Positions 1 to 12,341 of a DNA stretch of 64,000 bases are shown in pieces; the first letter of the stretch is position 1, and the number at the start of each line of letters is the position of its first letter. The stretch covers positions 53,320,001-53,384,000 of the forward strand of contig OZ076415.1 of assembly GCA_964187785.1 (NCBI GenBank). The letters run 5' to 3'. Both the position numbers and the translations under genes were made by a program. The stretch comes from Amphiscolops sp. MND2022. Taxonomy: Eukaryota. The notes beneath the pieces are model-generated. The model did no database searches, had not been told where the DNA came from, and was given only the letters and a program-made list of their open reading frames with translations.

Positions 1-263
1 GTTTCGAGATGGCTCATTCTTTTTTTAACTATATTCTTCCATTATGGTCTACCTTTCGCTGTGTCGTCGATGTTTTTCCAATCCCATCCGGCTTCTGATA
101 TGTGCTTTTTCCAATCGAAGATTGATTTCCTGGATTTCCCTCTTCGTTTGGGGTGTTGTTCAAGGTCTGTTAACTAACTGAAAACTGCGGCTTTAGTCGG
201 TCTGTTATTTTCCATCCGTAAAACATGTCCAATGCGTTGCAGCACTCTCTTCTCGATCTTCCA

Positions 264-1817
264 TCATAATGAATTCACATCAAGCTTGTTTCTGATGGCT
301 TGCATGTTAATGTGGAGGCGTTGCATCTCGCGAAGAGGCTGGGTTCTCTTGTTACTCCAAATGTATCTGTAGCAGCGGTCAATACTGTATTGTAGTGACT
401 TGATATCGCTTATGGTCCAATTTCGTGTGGCGGCATCGAACAAAATTCCACTTTCCACACATGTTTCTACAATCTTGGCCTATTGTTTCTTTGACAGCTG
501 CCTTCCTTTGAGGCGGTTTTTCACTTGGGCCCAGAGACCATTCGCTCTTTTCTTCCTGTTCTTAACGTCTGCTTCCACTCCGACTCAGCAGCCAAGCATC
601 CGAATTTCTTCCGCTTCGTTGGTACCGAACTGTAGCCACTCCTCCTTGTCGTCGTTGTTTCTTTGTTCAAACTCATTCATCACTTCTCTCATTTTCTGGA
701 CGCCGCTGTCGATTTCTGTTGTTTCACCGAGCGATGTGGTATCGTCCGCGAACAATGAAAGTGAGAATGAAGTTTCAATTGCTTCGCTGTTGTAGTTTCC
801 GATTCTTTGCTTTTTGGGGAATTTGCTTCCAGGGACCATTTCCATTTAACTCCAATGCTTCCATTTTCGCTTTTGCGTTTGTTGTCCAGTTATTCGCATG
901 ACCACTTGGTGGTAGATGTTGAAAAGTGTCGGGGATGTTGAGCATCCTTCTGTGAGTCCACGTTCCAGTTTCCATTGTTCACTGTCGCCAACCTTTCCTT
1001 TGATGCAATATGCAGTTGACTCATGTAGGTCCATGATTGTTTCAAGAAAAAATTCCGCTCAGACCATATCTCTTCAGAATCGCCCACAGTGCAGGCTTGC
1101 TCACTCTCGGGTACGCATTTTTCAGGTCCAGTAAGCAGAGTGCAGGGTCAGCGTCCTCGGGCGTTCCTCTGCGTTTTATAAGGTCACTGGTATCCTCTTC
1201 GATTCTGACGATGATTTGTGTTGCGTCGGCTGTTGACCGGTTAGGTCTGAAACCACCTTGGTTTTTTCCAGGAGAATCGTTTTTTCACTCTGCACTCTCA
1301 GTCGTTTCGTGATTATCCTTGCAAGAATTCTGCTGCACATGGCCAGAAGACATACTCCTTTGTAGTTTTTTTGTGTCAATTTTGTCTCCTTTCTTGAATA
1401 ATGGAACGATTTGGCCGATTTCTGCCGCGGGGTCCCAGCGATCAGCCCTGGTTTCAAACATTCCGCCCACCAGGTTACTGATGTCTGTATTATTCTTGAA
1501 CATGCTGTTTTAATGTACCCCATTCGCACTCTGTCTTTTCCCGGGGCGGAATCATTCACCTCTTCCATGCTTTCACTGATTTTTATCTGGGTCGGAGGCT
1601 AGTTAAGGGTATCATTTGCTTGCTGGAATGCTGGGAGGTGTCTATAGTAGCCCTTTTTACTGACAGTTTCTCCAAGTTCTCCAGGGTTGTTGTCGTACCT
1701 ATCTTGGGAAACTTTCATGTAGTGTGTTCTAAATTCGTCGGCTGTTATCGTCGTGCCCGTTTTGGGTTTGCTGTTTCTGGTTCCTAGGTTTCTCAGGGTT
1801 TTGTACACCATACCCAT
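264..1817 (-). pseudogene. Non-LTR reverse transcriptase domain, frameshifted
   Basis: APGKD (1176-1568); IVPLFKKGD (1285-1503), continuing after a frameshift as NYKGVCLLAMCSRILARII; GCSTSPTLFNIY (846-1034); LSLFADDT, the YADD-type catalytic motif (585-845). Confidence 0.9.
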
Positions 1818-2720
1818 GTCTCCTCGTTCTGCAGCTGCCGTGCACTCGTCAATGATCTGCTGCCATCAGTTTCGTTCTAGCTGATGTATCCGCCCTTCCA
1901 TTGCTCTTCTTGCTTTTCTCAGGTTGTTCCGGCAATGGTCAATCTCTTGTGAAAATGATGACGTCCGCGCCAGGGCTTCGTTTCGCTGCATGACCAGCCC
2001 GTTTATGGTGTCATGTATGTTCTTTAGTTCGTCTTCATGACCTACTGTCCAGGGGTTAGCTGCGTTACGTTTCTTCACTTCACAGGTTTCCTTGGCAGCT
2101 TGGTTCGGAACCTTTGCCAGCTCGTTCCAAGATGGCTCATTCGCCAGTTGGGCACCATACCCATGTCTCCTCGTTCTGCAGCTGCCGTGCACTCGTCAAT
2201 GATCTGCTGCCATCAGTTTCGTTCTAGCTGACGTATCCGCCATTTCATTGCTCTTCTTTGACCTACTGTCCAGAGGTTAGCTGCGTTACGTTTCTTCACT
2301 CCACAGGTTTCCTTGGCAGCTTGATTCAGAACCTTTGCCAGCTCGTTCCAAGATGGCTCATTCGCCAGTTGTACACCATACCCATGTCTCCTCGTTCTGC
2401 AGCTGCCGTGCAATCGTGAATGATCTGCTGCAATCAGTTTCGTTCTACCTGACGTATCCGCCATTTCATTGCTCTTCTTGTTTTTCTCAGGTTGTTCCGG
2501 CAATGGTCAATCTCTTGTGAAATTGATGACGTCCGAGCAAGGGCTTCGGTTCGCTGCATGACCAGCCCGTTTATGGTGTCATTATGTTCTTTAGTTCGTC
2601 TTCATGACCTACTGTCCAGGGGTTAGCTGCGTTACGTTTCTTCACTCCACAGGTTTCCTTGGCAGCTTGGTTCAGAACCTTTTCCAGCTCGTTCCAAGAT
2701 GGCTCATTCGCCAGTTGGGC
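1809..2720. repeat. Internal tandem triplication within LINE ORF2 (~345, ~220 and ~345 bp blocks)
   Basis: Block CATACCCATGTCTCCTCGTTCTGCAGC recurs at ~1809, ~2156 and ~2377. The block encoding QLANEPSWNEL.KV.NQAAKETC.VKKRNAAN recurs at ~2036, ~2260 and ~2602. Confidence 0.9.
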
Positions 2721-3560
2721 TCTCAGTTCATTGGTTCTGCTTTGAAACCTCTCCAAGGTCTGTCGGTCTTTCAACTTTTCATAGTTCGTGTTTGATTGTC
2801 GTTTCAGTTTTATTCTTCGTTTTGGCTTTTTGGTTCCGTTGAGGATGATAAATACCGGTTTGAGGTCGGATAGCACCATCTCTTGCGTCACTTTGATTTT
2901 CTTCACGTTCTTGTGTCTTTGGCTGCGTCTCATGATAAATCCGTCCAGCTCATACCATCTACTGTGGCTATGGTAGAACCAGGCTTCGCTCTTTTTTATT
3001 GGACAAAAGGTGTTTACAAGTTGAAGGTTTAGTGTCTCGCACCAATTTACCAGGTCTTCTCCTGCCTCCGTTGTGATCGTGGAGAGCCCGTACATTCCGC
3101 ACACTCCTGGCCGCTCATTGTTTCTGCCCACGTGAGAGTTGAAATCCATCAATTACCAGAGGCGATTCTTCGGGTGTTCTTGCGATTTCATTTTCAAGGT
3201 CACGCTGAAGTCCTTCAACTGACTCAACTGACTCATACCAGAACTCCAGAGTGGTTGGTAGACCGATATCAGTCGGGGGTTGTTTAATTTGGACTGCTAT
3301 GACTCTCTCGTTCAGACTTTTTTGTTGGTTGCCCTCAATCCAGGATTTCAATGCGTCTCCCTGTAGTATGACCCCACAGCGTTTGTATTACTGCCGCTCG
3401 GGTTTCGTCTTCTCAAAACATATAACCCCGTCGTCCGCTGCTCTGACTTCTGATGTCAGGACTATTTCCCAGTTCCTTTCTTTGGCGTGTGCTACCACCC
3501 GTTTCAATCTGTTTCGGTTTCTGTCTAGGGTAGATACGCCTTGAAGGTTTCAGGTTGTAA
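2571..3560 (-). pseudogene. Apurinic/apyrimidinic endonuclease domain of LINE
   Basis: NLQGV...LTSEVR (3560-3440), DFNSHVG (~3145) and ELDGFIMR (~2935) match the APE/EEP N, E, GDFN and 'IDhh' motifs. Confidence 0.85.
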
Positions 3561-3754
3561 ACATTGTGTTTCTAGACTTCTGTTCCGGTTTTAATTTCTT
3601 TCCGGGTGACTGCTTTCTGTTTGCTTTTCTGTTTCGTTTCTCGATTATCTTTTTCTTTCGTTTTGTCTTTCAGTTTTTCATTTCTTGCTTCTTTCTGCTG
3701 CTCGGTGGGTCTCCGTTTGTTTCCTCGTCGGACTTTCCTTCTTCGGGCTTCCTC

Positions 3755-3912
3755 ACACGTGCTGCACTCGAAGCGATATGACTGTGGTTTGTTTGCTAAC
3801 TTCTGGAGGTCTTTTTTGACAGGTTTGTACACCGCTGGTGTATTCATTGGCTGCATCACGTGCAGAGGATACTGTCGTGCCCCACACGTCTCTCACAGAC
3901 ACTGCATTGTTC
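3755..3912 (-). pseudogene. PHD-type zinc finger upstream of the endonuclease
   Basis: Manual translation gives CSVC-x9-CT*C-x4-HQRC ... FECSTC (C4HC3 pattern), with two in-frame stops and a 1-nt shift in an A-run. Confidence 0.7.
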
Positions 3913-3915
3913 CCC

Positions 3916-3957
3916 GGGACCGGGGTTCTGTTGCACGTCTCCATCCAGTAACAGCAA
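3916..3957 (-). other. 2A-like (StopGo) peptide LLLLDGDVQQNPGP
   Basis: TTG CTG TTA CTG GAT GGA GAC GTG CAA CAG AAC CCC GGT CCC read on the minus strand. It matches LLLxGD(V/I)ExNPG|P except E->Q. Confidence 0.8.
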
Positions 3958-4168
3958 ATATCGAGCCAGGTCGGCTGGGTCATCCGACTCGATTACCAAA
4001 ACCCAGGTGCCCGGGCCGAAGCCCTCGATATCGGACCAGAGAGGGTCCTGGCCAGTAAATTTGTTGGTGTTGCTCGGGGTGACTGGCCCATTTTGGCTCT
4101 GACGTTTCCCAGGATGTCACCCAGTTCGTTGTTGCCAACTTGCTGTGTTCCTTTTCTGGGTAACCTTG

Positions 4169-6043
4169 TGTCGCCGGTTTACCCGTGCGAGATGTCCGGA
4201 GTGCAACATCGATGAAACAGTCAACGCTGCTTACCCATCATGATGGCTGTCTACCCAAATATGGACAAGAACTTGATAAACATTTCAAACTTTAAACTTA
4301 AACAACCCTTGTTATTGTTCGTTTGATAAAATGATGCTTTTAGTTGTACATTTCATCTAAAATGACGATTGTTGAATGTTGTTAGTGTTGTTATTGTTTC
4401 ACCCTTAGGGTGCGTTGATCAATTGAAAAAAAACAACTGGAAAGGTAACGCCAAAGTTATCAAAACAGTGCTAAATCTTTGTTTTGAGGTCTTAAATCAT
4501 AAGAAGGAATTAATTTCAGCGGACCTATATATCTTTGCTACATTAAATCATTTGTAATTCAATCATGAGGAAAACAATCAAAACCAGTATGCTGATCCAT
4601 TTAAAAATCAGCATAACGATTTCGTACGCTTATTTGATACTGATTATGCGGCATTATGCAGTTTTCATAAAACAGCATATGCGGTGTTATTAAAGAAACA
4701 GCATAACGATTGTGTACGCAGTGTAGTTTATACTTTGTATTGCATTACGCGGAAATTCAGTAGAAACAGCATGATGTCTTGAGTTAAAAACAGCATATGC
4801 GGAAATTCAGTAGATACAGCATATGCGGAAATCTAGCAGAAACAGCATGATGACATGTGTTAAAAACAGCATATGCGGAAATCTAGCAGAAACAGTATGA
4901 TGGTTCAGATGGGATACAGCATATGCGGAAACCCCGTGGAAACAGTAGGACGTTTCAATGTAGGAACAGCTTATGCGGGATTTTGACAGAAACAGTATGG
5001 CGTTTTAACTTAAAAACAGTATAAAGATTCTTATTTCAGTTGATAAAATTATACTGAATTATGAGGTTTTCATGAGACAGCATATTATGCATTATGATGT
5101 AAAACAGCATAATTTGCAGGATTTCCATTGCTACGATGTTGTAAGTCACAGTGCTATATTTAGACCTTCCAGGAGTCTGACACAATATTACATTTTTAAC
5201 ATTTGACCCTAGAAACATGACGTTATGATGATTTGCATAAAATTGAAAGTCATGTAACTAAAAATAGTACCCAATAAGATCAGTTGAAAGAGGACCATGA
5301 AAAACCATTCTTCTAACGATCATTCGAAAAATAGCGCACATTCAGAGCAGTCACTCATTTTCACAAACAACTCACAACCCACAAACTTCGCAGTTTCCTT
5401 TCTCTGTAAAATACCTTCCACAGTTTCATTTCGCCAAAATATCTTTGTAATTCAAAGATTTTCGCACCTAACATTGTTTTCATCATGGGAAACAGAAGAA
5501 ATAGACGATCAAGGAGAGTAGAGTCCCAGTCATCAGACAGAGACGAAAATACTTCAGAAACAAGCTTCACTCAAGGTAATGCGAATTTAGTTGGTGTTTC
5601 TGAAAATGTTAATAATGTTCTTGACAGGAACTTAGGCAGCGAACTAACAGAACCTTCTCAGATAAGCATTGAGATAGAAGTTATTTCACAAAGGCTAGCA
5701 GAACAGAATAACGACAAGATGTCACAGATTGAAGAGCAACTAAATAACAAGTTCGAAGAGATACTTAAGGAGATTGGAACAAACAAAACCCACATTGTAA
5801 AAACTGATGAAGAGGATGTCGAGAACAATCAGCCCGGTCCTTCTAACTATAAAAATAAGGGTCTCAGGAACAAACACGCATCAAATTCAACATCAGATAA
5901 AAATAAAAATCAGGATGACCGGTTCTATCCGTCTGAAATGTGTGAGTTAAGACAACCGTACACTCCTCTTGGGATTGCTGAAGACACTTTAGACAAAACC
6001 ATCATCAGAAATGAAAACAGACAGGAAAGGGCCGATCATCACA
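4169..6043 (+). repeat. 5' LTR (visible part)
   Basis: Colinear with 19009-20882 with scattered substitutions. Homology stops exactly at CATCACA|TGGTGAC. Confidence 0.9.
4770..5000. repeat. Degenerate ~22-24 bp repeat (AAACAGCATATGCGGAAA) inside LTR; second copy ~19610-19860
   Basis: Recurrent ACAGCATATGCGG and ACAGTATGA motifs visible in both LTR copies. Confidence 0.7.
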
Positions 6044-7110
6044 TGGTGACAGGACCTACCAAGAACATCCTGAGACAAAGTTCGACTAACTCCAACACCA
6101 CAAATACACAAGGACCACACGCACAAACCCCTCTCGAGCATCCTGAACCAACAAATTCAGTCAGTCAAATTGCCATAGCAATCGAAAATCTCGCACGAAG
6201 AAATACCGAACCATCCCTTTTTCACCCGAAGAACACACTTACTTTCAACGGGAAATTAGAGAAAAATGAAAAATTCGAGTATTTTGAAGATCTTTTCCAT
6301 ACAACACTCAAAATGCAACCACACCTCACAGAAAACATGAAAATCAACCATTTTCATGCTCATCTAAGAGGACTGGCATTGAAAACTTTTAAAAACATCC
6401 AAAGAACTCCGACAACAACACTTGAAGATATACTAGTAGTCTTCAGAAGGAAATATGTCAAGCCTGAATCCAGCGCCTCTGCAAAACACAGATTTAACCA
6501 GCTCATGTTCCAACCAGAAAATCAAAAACTACCCGACTTTCTTGAAGACCTCCAAGAAAGCGCTGAGAGAGCCTTCGGCGAAGCAGCACCACAGATGATT
6601 GAGAGCCTGATATATGCAAAAATGCCCCCTCATCTCAAAAAATCAATCAACCAGGCTTTCCTCGAAAACGGTACCTATGAACAAATAGTGGAACATCTAG
6701 AAAGAAAGATGGAGCTCAATGGACTCGAAGCAGATGAGCCCCTAGCGAAAACTCAAATGACTGCAGTCAAACAACAAACCAACATACAAAACACTAGAAC
6801 ACCCCCACAAAACACACTTCAAGATAACCAATGCCGATATTGCAAAGATGAAGGGCACATAGCAAAAGAGTGCCCAAAACTTGCAAAACGACAGAAAATG
6901 GATCAAGACCCAGAAGCACCAAGATGTTCCCATTGTAACACCCCTGGTCATGAAGAACCAAATTGTTACTTCGGAGCAAACATGGAAAATCGTCCACCTA
7001 AATGGACACTCACTGAAACCCAGAAAAAACTAATTGAAGAATATAAAAAATCAAACAAACCAATCAACCCTCGAAATCTCAAACCTTCAACATCGAAAGA
7101 TTTAAACTGA
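5485..7110 (+). CDS. gag: Gag (541 aa) with two CCHC zinc knuckles; the first 186 codons lie within the LTR
   Basis: Open 541-aa ORF with a retrotransposon capsid-like core (TFNGK..EKFEYFEDLF...) and CRYCKDEGHIAKEC and CSHCNTPGHEEPNC. Confidence 0.9.
   Translation: MGNRRNRRSRRVESQSSDRDENTSETSFTQGNANLVGVSENVNNVLDRNLGSELTEPSQISIEIEVISQRLAEQNNDKMSQIEEQLNNKFEEILKEIGTNKTHIVKTDEEDVENNQPGPSNYKNKGLRNKHASNSTSDKNKNQDDRFYPSEMCELRQPYTPLGIAEDTLDKTIIRNENRQERADHHMVTGPTKNILRQSSTNSNTTNTQGPHAQTPLEHPEPTNSVSQIAIAIENLARRNTEPSLFHPKNTLTFNGKLEKNEKFEYFEDLFHTTLKMQPHLTENMKINHFHAHLRGLALKTFKNIQRTPTTTLEDILVVFRRKYVKPESSASAKHRFNQLMFQPENQKLPDFLEDLQESAERAFGEAAPQMIESLIYAKMPPHLKKSINQAFLENGTYEQIVEHLERKMELNGLEADEPLAKTQMTAVKQQTNIQNTRTPPQNTLQDNQCRYCKDEGHIAKECPKLAKRQKMDQDPEAPRCSHCNTPGHEEPNCYFGANMENRPPKWTLTETQKKLIEEYKKSNKPINPRNLKPSTSKDLN
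6044..6055 (+). promoter_or_regulatory. Primer-binding site (tRNA-Leu-like)
   Basis: TGGTGACAGGAC directly after the LTR-terminal CA. It resembles the complement of a tRNA-Leu 3' end (TGGTGTCAGGAG) at 10/12 nt, compared from memory. Confidence 0.65.
7101..7107 (+). promoter_or_regulatory. -1 ribosomal frameshift slippery site T_TTA_AAC
   Basis: The heptamer sits immediately before the gag stop (7108-7110) in the X_XXY_YYZ register, and the pol ORF at 7335 is in the -1 frame. Confidence 0.75.
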
Positions 7111-10100
7111 TAAAAACACGCCTTCAAACAACAACACCCCAAAAACAATGCTAAGTTGATGACTGGCAGCATCCGCCGAGCCCCAAACCTATAAAAATCA
7201 CAACCTACAATCACAACGCGACAAACAAAAGTGACTCTCCGACTGCAAACACTCAAAATACACCACCCGACCACCTTCAAGAGGATCTTTATGACTTATT
7301 CAAAGATGCCCCAGATAATTATCTACTACGATCCATGTTTGAACCTGAAACTGAAACCGAAACACAAAATCAGCAACCCACAATCTCGCGACCTCAGGAA
7401 ACACAAACTGACCAATTAAAAGTACAATCCACATCGACAACCCAAACTGACGATGACACTACATCGGAACTAACCAACACTCTCTTTAGTGCGTCTCCTG
7501 GAAAACAACCTCTCCTTGATGCCGACGTTTTTAATCACCTCACAACAGACGAAGGTAATAACCTTTCCACAAACCTTACCCTCAAAAAGAAGCGTAATAT
7601 GTACTATTTCCCAATGGATTTCGAGAAATTAACTCTGGATGGACTCATTGATACTGGCGCCCTTACAAGCGCCATTTCTGAAGAAGATCTCAACAAAATA
7701 AAACTCCTTTCAAACGAAGCCATAAAAGATACTGGTCCAGCACCCAATTTTCAAATCATGGTGGCAAATGGTCAACTTGAGCGACCCATCAGCACCGTTT
7801 TACTTCAATTCGAAGTAGCAGATTTCCAATTTCAAGAGAACTTCATTGTCATGAAGGTACTACCCAACCCATTATTCGGCCTGTGTTTTTTAGAAAGACA
7901 CAATGCCATGTTCGACATTCGTCAAAGGATTATTACTTTCCCTTACCTGTCGATGCAACTACGACCAAACCACACAACAAATACCCGAACAACAACACCC
8001 CTTCTAACAGAAACTTCATACACCCTACAACCTGGAGAAACCCTCGCGATCTCCAGCAAAATGCCACACCTGATAGATCACAATGCCACAGGTATTGTCA
8101 CTCCATCATCACATATGGAAGATCACGAAAGTATTTTCATTACATCTTCCCTATGTACGGTTAATAACAATGCAGTGGGCTACCAAGTGATCAATTTTTC
8201 GGATATGCCATACACTCTTCCTATAGATACACACATGGCAGACTTCCGAGTTCTTACGCCCGAACAGATTAAACACATCAAACCTGTTGATCCATCAACC
8301 CTCACATTCATGATCCACCAACACATCGAAAACACGGATCTATACCTCAACCAATTGATGAAAACAAATCAATCATCGGATGAACCAGAAACCTACTGGT
8401 TCCCTACACCTGAGGAACTTGGGGATCCAGATACAGACACTCCAATACAACAACGCATAAATGATGAACTACTAGAACTCAAACAGCTAGAGCAATTAAA
8501 CCCAAACGACAACGACGAGTCAAGAATGAAATTTCTCAGTCACTTCGACTGGAAGGACACTACCCTAAGCCCGTTCGAAAAACAACACATAGAAGACATT
8601 CTGGTACAATATCACGACATCTTTGCAAGACATTGTTTCGACATAGGTACCAATAGAGAATTCAAGGTCAAACTAACTCCGAATGATGACAGACCAGCCT
8701 ACAGTCAAAGTCTTCCTACACCCATCAACTTCAAGGACGACATAACTGTTGAACTGGCCCTTCTTCATCGTTATGGGATCATCGCGACCCTACCGTTCTC
8801 TAAATACGCAAGCCCTATTTTCGCCCAGAGGAAACCAAACGGACGCCTTCGACTTTTGGTGGATCTGCGCAAAATCAACAACCTCATCACTCAGGACTAC
8901 GTGAACAACAATCACCCAGTTAGCACATTGTCAGATGCAGCACAGCATATGACTGGCAAGAAACTTTTTTGCAAACTTGATTGCTCTCAAGCATATCACT
9001 GCTTGCAAATGGCGGACTACCAGTCCATACAGATGTTAGCCTTTAATTTCGTGAGTCGAACATTTGCATATCGCCGCCTTGCACAAGGACTCAGCCGATC
9101 ACTGTCTGCTTTCTCATAGTTCATGAGAGAATATTTGGATAAGGCAATCAAAGCTGATCAATGCGCTCAATATGTCGATGACATTGGCATCGCTGCGAAT
9201 GATTCTACCCAGCTTTGCATCAACATCAAAACAGTCTTTGAATGCATACGCAAAGCAGGACTCAAACTTACGATGGCCAAATGTCATTTTGGAGTCAAAC
9301 AAGTTGACTTCTTGGGTCGGACAATTACACCAGAAGGAGTCTCTCCACAAACTGAAAAAGTCAAACAATTCCTCCAAAAACTCAAATTTCCGAAATCCAA
9401 AAAAGCACTTCAGAGATATATTGGGTTTCTCAACTACTACAGAAACTACATCCCTCGCTTATCAGAAAAACTAACCCCCTTTTTCAAATTGCTCAAACAA
9501 ACATCACAATTCTCCATCCCGGATGCAATTCTCGAAGCATTCAAAAGTCGCAACCAGCAACTGGAACAATCATGCAAACTTGCTCTCAAACAACCGATCA
9601 AAAACAAACAACTCATTTTAATGACCGACGCTAGCTTTACAGCGGCAGGATATGCCATCACGAGTGAAGACGATCCTGACCAAAAGCTCCAATCTAGAAG
9701 GAAAAGCTATGCTCCAATAGCTTTTGGTTAGAAAACCTTTAATCCAACCCAAAAATGGCTATATACGCAAAAGAGTTCCTAGCAATCTATTTTGCGTTTT
9801 CTGAATTTGGACACTTGAGGTGGGGCAGCGTTTTTCCTGTTATCGTATTCACAGATAACAGATCTGTAACACGCTTTTTCCAAACCAAAATCATCCCCCG
9901 GCTCTTTGAAATGCATGCGATTACGTCCTCCAATACAATTTCGTCATTGCTTATGTTGCTGGGGCCATGAATACGGCTGCAGACTTCCTATCGCGAGCTG
10001 AATTGAACCCCACAGAAAAACTTGAGATGAACATCCTCAATGATGTCAATACAAAAGCAATTGAAGTTAACATACAGTCCACTGGGGTCGCCGAATAGGA

Positions 10101-12082
10101 ACTCCTATATATACTTCCCGGTGAATGCCCCACAGAACAACAATTGTGGGAAGAAAAAGAAGCAATTCGTCAATCAGCAAAAACTGAAACCCACAACGAA
10201 CCAGAAAACGAAGTGTTCGAACTACAAACTTTCCACAAACCCACAGCGGGAACCATCAACTATAGGGAGGGCCACTTCAAAGACAATGCAAAAATCCGCT
10301 AGGAACAAAACAATGATGAAGTCCTACGCAATTTGAGAGCCAAAATTGAAGGCGAACCCTACGACGAAACACAATTCACACAAGACTACCGATACAAACA
10401 TTATTTACAAAACATCACGAGGAGAGGATTGAAATCAGGCAATATGTCCTAACAAGAAGATACTACAATGTTACTGGGATGATATCCCATTATCAAATTC
10501 TTTTACTCAAACAACTCCTAGATGAATTCTTTCATGCCCTTCATGGTCATAACGCAAACCATCCGGGAATAACCAAAATGATCCAAGAAGCACGACAAAA
10601 TTACTACTACCCGTGTATCGCCAAATATATCCGAAATTGGGTAACAAAATGTCAAATATGCATCCAAAACAAACGGATCAACAATGACCTACTCAAAACG
10701 GAACTACTAAACTGCCCTGAATGGGATTTAGGCCCGGAAGACATCCTACAAATGGACATCCTTCCCAATCTCCCACCAAGCGGAGGATATGACAATATCA
10801 TCACTGCAATAGACGTTTTCTCACGCTATTTGTTTGCCTATCCAGTCACGAGAATCACTGCTCCAGCAGTGGCAGAAATCATTATGGCAATTTTGTGTGA
10901 ACACACATATCTACCCACATCAATCATTACCGAAATGGGCACCCAATTTAATTCTCAGGTTACAAAAGAAGTAGCCGCAGTCCTGAACATAGAACTGAAA
11001 CATGCAACGACAAAACTCGCCCAAACAATCGGACTGTTAGAACGTACTCATCCATCAGTCAAAGCACACCTTAAGGCAGCCACTGGAGAATTTAGAAACA
11101 ATTGGCACAAGTTTTTATCATTGGCGGTCTTAAACCATAATACAACCTACCATGCAACACTAGGATGTGAACCTACACGGGTCTTCCATGGAAGAATTCC
11201 ACACAATATATTAGATTTAAAACTTGGATACAACCCAAATCCTCGCTTCCAACCCCTAACTGAGGTAGCAGAGGAAGTACAAAGAAGGATTGCTTTACTT
11301 CATGATCAAACGAAGAAAAACATCATGCAATCTTACCTCAAATATAAAGCATATTACGACAGGAAAGCAAAGGCATCACCTCTAACGACAGAGGATTATT
11401 GCTTTATCCTGAATCCAAAGGCCGACACACAAGCCACGAAGATACCCTTTCGTGAATTTCGTTGGGTTGGTCCCTATAAAGTTGAAAAAGTCCTACCGAA
11501 CAATAATTATATTGTTCGCAGATTGGGCACAAATAAAACCCAACTACTCCACCGCATTCGACTACGAAAATACACTCCACAAGCTCCTGTTGCAGATAAT
11601 TTTGTCAGAGAAACTGACTGGCAGAAAGAGGATACACTTGTCTCTCAAGATGATTTATATGCCCATGCTTGGGACAGTAATTTTGGCAGCATTCCATTCG
11701 ATCCTGACCATGAAGTCTGTGATCAACAGGAAGACACAGCGGAACAGAACCTACTCCTGAACCAAAAATATACCACCCTCCCGCCCTCGATAATTCAAAA
11801 AATAGTGGGAGGATCGCAGCAGGACAACCTGCTGCGAACGACAAAGAACCTCAAATAACTGAAAAAACTTATTCAGAAAATGAAAATCATGAGCCCATTC
11901 CAGAAACGTCCCGAAATCCAGATAATATTCAAGCAAACCCTACCCCAAATTCCCCAAAAACCCCTGAAATTATCCCGGGAAATGACGGACAAGAAATTGA
12001 GGAAACTGTTAACACAAGAGGCGAGAAATATAACCTACGCCCAAACCCTAACCCAAACTACTTAGACTCATACAGATATTAA
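7111..12082 (+). pseudogene. pol: Pol polyprotein (protease, RT, RNase H, integrase with GPY/F), several stops and frameshifts
   Basis: LDGLIDTGA (PR); RLLVDLRKIN, KLDCSQAY and QYVDD (RT); LMTDASF and VFTDNR (RH); HGHNANHPG..C..C and DVFSRY (IN); WVGPYKV; terminal NLRPNPNPNY. Confidence 0.95.
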
Positions 12083-12301
12083 AAACAAACTAGAGACTCA
12101 AAGACTTCAACTATATACGACTGCTCTTTCAGCCTCTTAATTCTCAATTTTCTTTCCTTTCGTCAAACAAAACTATAGCCGAAAGGCTTCATAAAGATGA
12201 GCAAACTATTCCAGGTATAAATATCCTGGGAGGAGAACATATGATAAATACACAAACAACAAAATTGCACTAGATAACAAAGCAAAACTACAACAACAGT
12301 T

Positions 12302-12320
12302 GAAAAGGAATGTTAAAACA
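12302..12320 (+). promoter_or_regulatory. Candidate polypurine tract and 3' LTR start (GAAAAGGAA|TGTTAA at 12311)
   Basis: Purine run followed by TG shortly after the pol end. It cannot be confirmed because the matching 5' LTR start is outside the window. Confidence 0.35.
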
Positions 12321-12341
12321 ATTCGAGAGAGAGAGAGAGAT

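Larger units (their letters stand above)
1..4170 (-). mobile_element. APE-type non-LTR retrotransposon (LINE), degenerate; 3' end runs off the window
   Basis: Minus-strand fragments lie in the order PHD - APE endonuclease - RT - C-terminal region. The 5' end abuts Gypsy LTR homology starting at 4169-4171. Confidence 0.92.
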
